A stretch of DNA of 64,000 bases. It comes from a virus. The DNA lies in the IMG/VR virus record IMGVR_UViG_3300027859_000890, positions 1 through 64,000 of that record; one strand, written 5' to 3'. Numbering within the stretch: position 1 is the first letter of the stretch; every line of letters begins with the position of its first letter. The notes beneath the pieces were generated by a model. It made no database searches. It was not told the DNA's origin and worked only from the letters and a program-made list of their open reading frames with translations. The translations under genes and the position numbers were made by a program. Positions 57,920 through 64,000 of this stretch are shown in pieces.

Positions 57920-59965
57920 ATGAGGAAAATATTGTTTTCGCCGTTATGGAGCCTTTTGGTGTTAGGTGTCCTATCGTATTTGTTTTATCTAAATCCAGCA
58001 TTTATTGAAAGCATTAGATTAAGATACTTTGACCAGCTAATTGTAAACCAAGAACCAGTAGAAAATAATATATATGCAGTAAACATTGACGAAGCTACTA
58101 TAGACAAATACGGACAATGGCCTTTTCCAAGAGCCGACTACGGAGACTTAATTATAGACCTGTACAATCGTGGTGCAGGTTTAGTTGTTTTTAATGTCCT
58201 AATGAGCGAAACAGATCGCAGTGGAGAAGATGAAATACTTGCATTGACAATGCAGCAACTACCAGTTATAATTACAATGTTAGGTGCAGAGGAGAATAAA
58301 AATGAACCAATTAATCCAGGTGCTACTATCGTTAACAGCGATTACATTTATCTTATACCTAGTGTTCCGGGTATTATTGCAAACGTTCCGGATATCGAAA
58401 ATAACGCCGTTGGATCAGGCATCACGAACAGCTGGCCGGAAATCGACGGAGTTACTAGACGCATACCGTTGGTGGTAGAAAGTGGAGGCACATTATATCC
58501 AAATGTTACTATGGAAGTTCTGCGTGTCATAGCAGGAGACCCTAGTTTTCAAATAAAACTATCACCACTAGGCGTTGATAAATTACGAATACCACAATTT
58601 GGCACAATACAAACATCACCCACAGGCGAAGTATGGGTTGATTGGAGTCAAAAATTTAAGAATGTAAGTGCAGTAGATTTGCCAGATGACTTTGCTGGCG
58701 GCATAGTTTTTGTAGGACCTACAGCCGCTGGTGTAACACAACCGCTTGCAACAGCAACAGGCAGTGTGTTTCCTCATCAAATACAGGCAGCAATGCTTGG
58801 TACAGTTTTTAATGAATCAAATATAAGCAGACATCCTGATGCAGAACAGTGGGCTGAATTAGCAGCTCTTATCACAGCAGGTATATTGTTAATCGTACTC
58901 GCCCGTTGGACTTATGTAGGCATAGCCTTTTTTGTATTGTCCGTGGGCGGGTTTACAGGAGTTAGCATTTATGTTTTCAATACACAAAATATTCTTATTG
59001 ATGGTGCTACTATAAGTGCTTTTCTATTACTTGTTGGCTTACAAAGATACGTCCTTAAATTCATAGATGAGTTTTTACAAAAGCAAGCAATCAAAAAACA
59101 ATTTGAAGGATATGCATCACCAACTGTCGTTAAACTATTACAAGAGTCTCCAGAGCTTGTTAAACAAGGTATAAAGAAAGATGTAAGTATTGTTTTTTCA
59201 GACTTGCGTGGCTTTACACCATTAGGTGAATCATTTGGCGATGATGTGCAAGGGCTAACAAGAATAATGAATGGCTATATGGATGCAATAACAAAACCTG
59301 TGCTAGATGCAGATGGTATGATTATAAAGTATATAGGCGATGCTAGTATGCACATACACAATGCGCCAATAGATGATGTTAAACACGCACATACTGCCGT
59401 AGAAACAGGGCTAAATATGTTGCGAGCAGTAGAGGACTTCAATAAAAATGTTATTATACCAGAGGGACGGCCGGCAGTTGGTATGGGCGCTGGGATCAAT
59501 ACTGGTCTTGGCTACATTGGTGAAATGGGTAGCACTAAGCGTCATAGTTATGACGTCCTTGGAGATGCTGTCAGCACAGCGGCAAGAGTCGAAAGTAAAT
59601 GTAAAGAATATGGATGCCTCTTACTTGTTGGAGAAAACACATATGAAGCAACCAAAGATGATTTCTTCTACCTTAAAGTAGACGACTTACAAGTTAAAGG
59701 TAAATCAGTAGGATTAGGCATTTACACAGTTTTAGATCGTACTGTGCCTGCTTGGAAAGTACCGCAACGCAAACATCAACAAATGCACATAGCATACCAA
59801 GCACAAGATTTTGACGAAGCTATACGTTTGTGTAAAACAGTTTACACAAGTTTTGATCATAGAATGGAAAAATACTATGATATGTGGATTGAACGCTGTG
59901 AGTATATGAAAACACAAGATTTGCCTCAAGATTGGAATGGTGTATTCATAGCAACAAGTAAGTAA
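57920..59965 (+). CDS. CHASE2-domain class III adenylate/guanylate cyclase
   Basis: VNIDE..GQWPFPR, DGVTRR (CHASE2), three TMs, FSDLRGFT, KYIGDA, GINTG, GDAVSTAARVES, VKGK. Confidence 0.92.
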   Translation: MRKILFSPLWSLLVLGVLSYLFYLNPAFIESIRLRYFDQLIVNQEPVENNIYAVNIDEATIDKYGQWPFPRADYGDLIIDLYNRGAGLVVFNVLMSETDRSGEDEILALTMQQLPVIITMLGAEENKNEPINPGATIVNSDYIYLIPSVPGIIANVPDIENNAVGSGITNSWPEIDGVTRRIPLVVESGGTLYPNVTMEVLRVIAGDPSFQIKLSPLGVDKLRIPQFGTIQTSPTGEVWVDWSQKFKNVSAVDLPDDFAGGIVFVGPTAAGVTQPLATATGSVFPHQIQAAMLGTVFNESNISRHPDAEQWAELAALITAGILLIVLARWTYVGIAFFVLSVGGFTGVSIYVFNTQNILIDGATISAFLLLVGLQRYVLKFIDEFLQKQAIKKQFEGYASPTVVKLLQESPELVKQGIKKDVSIVFSDLRGFTPLGESFGDDVQGLTRIMNGYMDAITKPVLDADGMIIKYIGDASMHIHNAPIDDVKHAHTAVETGLNMLRAVEDFNKNVIIPEGRPAVGMGAGINTGLGYIGEMGSTKRHSYDVLGDAVSTAARVESKCKEYGCLLLVGENTYEATKDDFFYLKVDDLQVKGKSVGLGIYTVLDRTVPAWKVPQRKHQQMHIAYQAQDFDEAIRLCKTVYTSFDHRMEKYYDMWIERCEYMKTQDLPQDWNGVFIATSK

Positions 59966-59969
59966 TGTT

Positions 59970-60632
59970 ATGCAACCATTAAAAGAATATTTTGCAAATT
60001 GGTTTGGCATACAACAAACTGAAGAAATCCGTACAACGGAGGATGATCTCAATGTTATTTGGATACACGGAGCAAATCAAACTAGTTTAAGTTTTAATTA
60101 TTTACGTGAACATACAAACTTCAAAAATGAAATACTTGTAAATTACAGCAGTGCAGATAAATTTGATTATAATTTAGATAAAATAAGCGAACAAATACAA
60201 AATAAAGGACCACACTTTATAATAGGACACAGTATGGGCGGCTTATATGCACTACACCTAACGCAGTTACATAGGATTGTTGCAGGTGTAAGTATAAGCA
60301 CTCCTTATGCAGGAAGCTGGACAGCAGATTGGGCAAAGTATATTGTGCCTAGTTATCCACTTTTCAAAGACATAGGACGTAGGAGTGTACCTGTTAAAAC
60401 TGGTTTAAATATTGATTTAAGTATTCCTTGGACACAGATTGTTACTACAAGTGGGATGGTTCCATATCACGGAGGTCCGAATGATGGTGTTGTTACAATA
60501 GAAAGTATGAAAGCAAGAACTGATATGTTGCAAATAGAACTGCCGCATACACATTATGAAACTATGGTATCAGACAGAGTTGCCGATGTTATTCAGACTT
60601 GTTACTCTCGTGCTTTAGCAATAGAGCATTAA
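59970..60632 (+). CDS. alpha/beta hydrolase
   Basis: IHG, GHSMGG, STPYAGS, NDGVV, H. Confidence 0.85.
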   Translation: MQPLKEYFANWFGIQQTEEIRTTEDDLNVIWIHGANQTSLSFNYLREHTNFKNEILVNYSSADKFDYNLDKISEQIQNKGPHFIIGHSMGGLYALHLTQLHRIVAGVSISTPYAGSWTADWAKYIVPSYPLFKDIGRRSVPVKTGLNIDLSIPWTQIVTTSGMVPYHGGPNDGVVTIESMKARTDMLQIELPHTHYETMVSDRVADVIQTCYSRALAIEH

Positions 60633-60810
60633 CTTCATCAGTTTTACGTAGCCAGCCTGAATCATCTACTATGAACACATCACCAGGTTTGTATAGGAAA
60701 TTGTCTTTCCTAGTTCCATCTTCTGCAACGCCCATTACTTCACCAGGCCAATCACCTTCTACTTTAAAATGAGGACCTGCTTGGTGTATACTATAGTCCA
60801 TCCAAATCAT
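60589..60810 (-). CDS. hypothetical protein
   Basis: ATGA overlap; GGAG RBS. Confidence 0.6.
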   Translation of the reverse strand: MIWMDYSIHQAGPHFKVEGDWPGEVMGVAEDGTRKDNFLYKPGDVFIVDDSGWLRKTDEVNALLLKHESNKSE

Positions 60811-61079
60811 AATGCTTTCTCCACTAGTTGTGCTTGCGGATACTTTAACATAAACCAAGTACCCTTTGTGCTATTAGGTATTTCTACGTAGATGTCACAA
60901 CGGCAATATGTATCGCCAGGTAGAGTTTGACTATTTGAATGTATCCAAACCCAATGCCAGTCATTTTCTTCTACAGTTTTGAAAATATCATCGCCAATTG
61001 CTCGTCTTATCCATAACACTTCCATTGGCTTGTTGACGTGCGACCATTTATATTCGCATTGTCCAATATAATATCTCAT
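60807..61079 (-). CDS. hypothetical protein
   Basis: TAAGTA 5 nt before ATG. Confidence 0.6.
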   Translation of the reverse strand: MRYYIGQCEYKWSHVNKPMEVLWIRRAIGDDIFKTVEENDWHWVWIHSNSQTLPGDTYCRCDIYVEIPNSTKGTWFMLKYPQAQLVEKAL

Positions 61080-61087
61080 ACTATTAC

Positions 61088-61213
61088 TTATTGTTCGATT
61101 TTGTCTTCACAATCACATCTGAAACATACATCATTTACACATTCAGGACAATCAGGTTTCTCACAATGGCAGTCGTGTCCGCACGTTTTACACTTGCGAA
61201 CAGGACCACTCAT
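61088..61213 (-). CDS. Cys-rich metallothionein-like peptide (41 aa)
   Basis: MSGPVRKCKTCGHDCHCEKPDCPECVNDVCFRCDCEDKIEQ: 9 Cys, 2 His; ATGA coupling to upstream gene. Confidence 0.65.
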   Translation of the reverse strand: MSGPVRKCKTCGHDCHCEKPDCPECVNDVCFRCDCEDKIEQ

Positions 61214-61581
61214 CTAGCCGTCCTTTTCTTTAATGGCTGCTTTTCAGGCTTGTTACCCGTACTATCAAATTGTTCATTACTGCTTTGATACTTGCCTACA
61301 ATTTCTTTCAACTCTTCTTTTTGCTCATCGTCTAAATTTTTATCGATTTTTGCACGGTTTTCTAGCACCATACTGAGTTTACTGTTTAATCGTATCATAT
61401 CATTATCTAGCATACGCACACGATCAACAAGTTTGATCAGTGTCCCCATAGTTTCACCTAGCACTGGATCTATTACTGTGGTTACCCATTTCCATATAAA
61501 ATATATAAAGTAGCCCATACCCATAGCGGCAATGATAGGGAATCCATATTCGCTTACTGCCTTTGCTAGATCAAACTCCAT
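61210..61581 (-). CDS. TM plus coiled-coil protein (GFPI motif; paralog of 61760-62038)
   Basis: YGFPIIAA, LVDRVRMLDND. Confidence 0.7.
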   Translation of the reverse strand: MEFDLAKAVSEYGFPIIAAMGMGYFIYFIWKWVTTVIDPVLGETMGTLIKLVDRVRMLDNDMIRLNSKLSMVLENRAKIDKNLDDEQKEELKEIVGKYQSSNEQFDSTGNKPEKQPLKKRTAR

Positions 61582-61776
61582 TTATTCTCCGAACATATTA
61601 ATAAGTTCTGGTCCAAAATTACCAGCAGCCCAACCTAGTGCTACAATGGCTACAACTCCCATTACTAACCATTTCATTTTGAAATCGTCTACGTCCATTC
61701 TTAGTGCTACTAGTTCATTGCCTAGTATTCTTACACTTACTTCTAGTTTACCTTTATCATCAGTCGCGTCTGGCAT
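61582..61776 (-). CDS. small membrane protein
   Basis: start set at MPDATDD; C-terminal TM. Confidence 0.6.
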   Translation of the reverse strand: MPDATDDKGKLEVSVRILGNELVALRMDVDDFKMKWLVMGVVAIVALGWAAGNFGPELINMFGE

Positions 61777-62038
61777 CTTCTTTTCCTTCATTTGCTGCTA
61801 TACGATCTATGTTTGGTCTTACATTAAGTGCATAACTTAGTAATGCATCTATTTTAACAAGATCGTTATTCATAGTTTGAACCCTATTATCTAGTGAACC
61901 AATTATGTTCTTTAATGTAGTTACATTTCCTGTAACACCAGCGAGAATGAATTTGAGTGTTAAAAAAACAAATCCACCTGCTGCTAGTGCTCCAGCTATT
62001 GGAAATCCTACATCACCTACTAACGTCAAAAAATCCAT
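61760..62038 (-). CDS. TM plus coiled-coil protein (GFPI motif)
   Basis: VGFPIAGA, LDNRVQTMNND. Confidence 0.7.
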   Translation of the reverse strand: MDFLTLVGDVGFPIAGALAAGGFVFLTLKFILAGVTGNVTTLKNIIGSLDNRVQTMNNDLVKIDALLSYALNVRPNIDRIAANEGKEDARRD

Positions 62039-62078
62039 ATTTGTGCGCCCTCACGCTCTGCTATACTTCTATTTAGCA

Positions 62079-63005
62079 TTACAAAACCTTTTTGAAGGGG
62101 CAGCCACGCTCAGGCCAACAGTCGTCCATATTAAAATAAGATAAGAATGATTTTACATCATCTGGACTTAACATTTTTCTTGTATGCGTGTGTAATCCTG
62201 CTACAAAATATTTGTAGCCCATACATTCAGCGGCGTGTTGTAAACTTTTGACGTAAAAGTCAAGTCCTTTTAGTGTTCGTGGATCTTTAAAACAATGTTC
62301 CCAAATAGTAAGTGTGTTTCCTGGTACTTCTCCTGGATCTTGTATATCTTTTGCAATACAAAATATTTCGTATAGATAAAATTCTGCCATATTAGAATAT
62401 TCACCGCACCAACTTAACATCCATTTGTGCAGTTCTTTCTTACCTTTGAAATGTTTTATAAGTTTTTGCACTGATTTTTTCTTCATTATAAACGGTGTAA
62501 TATTTGTACTAAGTTGTAAATGTTGTACACCTCTAAATCTTACATCAAGTTTTGCACAACAAACCATACACCAAGTTCTTAAATAATGATCAGCATAAGA
62601 TATATCTTCTGGGTGTGTTTGTTTTATATCATTAATTCTGCAAGGTTCAACAAAGAAATTTTTACAATCAAACACTGTATAATTTTCTGTAACCACAACA
62701 TCTGCAACAAATAGTTTTAGCATTTGTTGATTATAAATTGGCTCAGTATGTAACCTATGTTCCATATCGTTCAAATCATAATCGTTAAAAAACAATTCCT
62801 TGTGATAAAGTTTTACATCAAACTTTTGCAACAATGGCTCACAGGTATCTTTATACCATTTTCTAAAATGCGGGTATCTTTCTGCATCTTCGTTGTAAAT
62901 GAATATTAATCTACAAGGTTGCAAAAACTTATGTATTGATCTTACAAGTAATTCAAAGTTCCATAAATCTCTGTCACAAACTACACAAACTAATGTTGTA
63001 TTCAT
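62079..63005 (-). CDS. putative glycosyltransferase-like protein
   Basis: RDL..F.LL..SI, QQMLKL, VFDCKNFF (DxD-like). Confidence 0.5.
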   Translation of the reverse strand: MNTTLVCVVCDRDLWNFELLVRSIHKFLQPCRLIFIYNEDAERYPHFRKWYKDTCEPLLQKFDVKLYHKELFFNDYDLNDMEHRLHTEPIYNQQMLKLFVADVVVTENYTVFDCKNFFVEPCRINDIKQTHPEDISYADHYLRTWCMVCCAKLDVRFRGVQHLQLSTNITPFIMKKKSVQKLIKHFKGKKELHKWMLSWCGEYSNMAEFYLYEIFCIAKDIQDPGEVPGNTLTIWEHCFKDPRTLKGLDFYVKSLQHAAECMGYKYFVAGLHTHTRKMLSPDDVKSFLSYFNMDDCWPERGCPFKKVL

Positions 63006-63012
63006 AAAAAGG

Positions 63013-63041
63013 TTGACCTCCGTGAATATTTATGTTACACT
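63013..63041 (+). promoter_or_regulatory. sigma70-type promoter, overlapping a divergent late promoter
   Basis: TTGACC-17-TACACT with TG extension. Confidence 0.55.
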
Positions 63042-63071
63042 ATGCGTGACTGAATATAGAATGGAAAGACA

Positions 63072-63791
63072 ATGGCAACCAGTGAAGAAAAACAAGAATT
63101 AGTTGAAGAACTAAAAGGTCCGCGATTCTACCACGTTACAATTAGTGGGTATGGCGGTGAGTCAGCTTATATGAGTATTAACAAAGAAGCATTTGAATTT
63201 TGGAATCCTATTACAGAAGAAAATGGCGATAGTGATTTAACAAACTATATGGTTAATGCTGAAGATGGCGATTTTGAGTTTGAAGATATCGAACAAGTAC
63301 CTGACAGCGCAGACTTTTTGAAAAGCGCAGATGCTGATGGAGAAGTATGGCGTAGTCCTTGGTACGAAGCACCTACAGAGTTTGAACACAGTTGGGGTGT
63401 TGAATACAACAGTGCAAATATAACTGTTGATGAAGTAGCATCAGATGACTACAGTGCAAAATGGGTTGCAGATGTTATAGAAAATGTAAACATATGCGAT
63501 AGTATCGATAATGAAGAACTTGATATTGAAGTTGAAATGGATGTATGTAGTGAAGCACCAGACGGCACTGAATATATTGCACAAATGTACAGCAGTGAAA
63601 AAGGTCAATTCTTTGATGGCGTTATAGAAACTGTTGGTGACTTTGACATAAACAAACTGAAAATATATACAATGGAATATATGAACGGCGAAGATACTAT
63701 CACTAGTGTAGAATACAACGGTGTTGAAATTGACAACCAAGGCGGTGATACTAATGGCAAGGGCTACTATGGTGCAGTTTGGAAAGCATAA
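63072..63791 (+). CDS. acidic hypothetical phage protein
   Basis: 239 aa; GYGGE, SSEKG, TNGKG. Confidence 0.7.
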   Translation: MATSEEKQELVEELKGPRFYHVTISGYGGESAYMSINKEAFEFWNPITEENGDSDLTNYMVNAEDGDFEFEDIEQVPDSADFLKSADADGEVWRSPWYEAPTEFEHSWGVEYNSANITVDEVASDDYSAKWVADVIENVNICDSIDNEELDIEVEMDVCSEAPDGTEYIAQMYSSEKGQFFDGVIETVGDFDINKLKIYTMEYMNGEDTITSVEYNGVEIDNQGGDTNGKGYYGAVWKA

Positions 63792-63798
63792 ATAGCAT

Positions 63799-63975
63799 AT
63801 GATAGAATATAAAGTAGAAGAAATATTTGAAGACGATCCAAATAATCCTGATAATGTTCTAATGAAAATTCCAGACGAAATTAGTGAAAAAATGGGCTGG
63901 AAGCCTGGAGATGTGTTGAAGATTACACAAGATAAGGAAGGAAACATCTCCATTACAAAATCCAAAGATGGCTAA
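63799..63975 (+). CDS. AbrB/MazE-like small DNA-binding protein (58 aa)
   Basis: MKIPDEISEKMGWKPGDVLKI; TAAATA 4 nt before ATG. Confidence 0.65.
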   Translation: MIEYKVEEIFEDDPNNPDNVLMKIPDEISEKMGWKPGDVLKITQDKEGNISITKSKDG

Positions 63976-64000
63976 AAATAGTGATATAATAGAAGTAGAA
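63968..64000 (+). CDS. partial ORF, possibly translation initiation factor IF-1
   Basis: only MAKNSDIIEVE is visible, resembling the IF-1 N-terminus MAKEDxIExEG; truncated by the window edge. Confidence 0.4.
   Translation, partial: MAKNSDIIEVE

Noticed and set aside
1-64000. Stop-codon reassignment
   Set aside because: Recognisable genes are full length in the standard code, and TAA, TAG and TGA all occur as real stops.

Overview
Gene-dense, AT-rich segment of a large T4-like (myovirus/jumbo-type) phage genome, not a cellular chromosome. The evidence is about 100 short, tightly packed ORFs, recurrent T4-type late-promoter cores (TAAATA), sigma70-type early promoters, a PAAR-like protein, a tail/virion beta-helix protein, an HNH nuclease, a phage exonuclease and nrdAB. 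The host is most likely a marine Alphaproteobacterium (Rhodobacterales/Roseobacter-like), judged from the permuted two-piece tmRNA with tag ANDNRAPAMALAA, Shemin-pathway hemA, Paracoccus/Rhodobacter-type aa3 oxidase, Rhodobacter-type porin and DUF1127. The window carries many auxiliary genes: a coxB-ctaG-coxA operon, pseudoazurin, hemA, heme oxygenase plus PcyX/PcyA, GAPDH, peroxiredoxin, desaturase, NifU, a Pho-box-controlled PiT-like transporter, a BMP/2OG-oxygenase/PRTase cluster, guaC, bS21, Hsp20 with a ROSE thermometer, ClpS, and a CsgF/CsgG-curlin-FecR-CHASE2 cyclase cluster. The best candidates for an undescribed system are (1) a class IIb synthetase-like gene lacking the anticodon-binding domain, followed directly by a non-canonical 101-nt tRNA-Asn(GUU) with a 10-bp variable arm and U37, (2) a phage-encoded cytochrome c oxidase module, and (3) the curli-linked FecR/adenylate cyclase signalling cluster. 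All product calls come from motif recognition by eye; no database searches were run.
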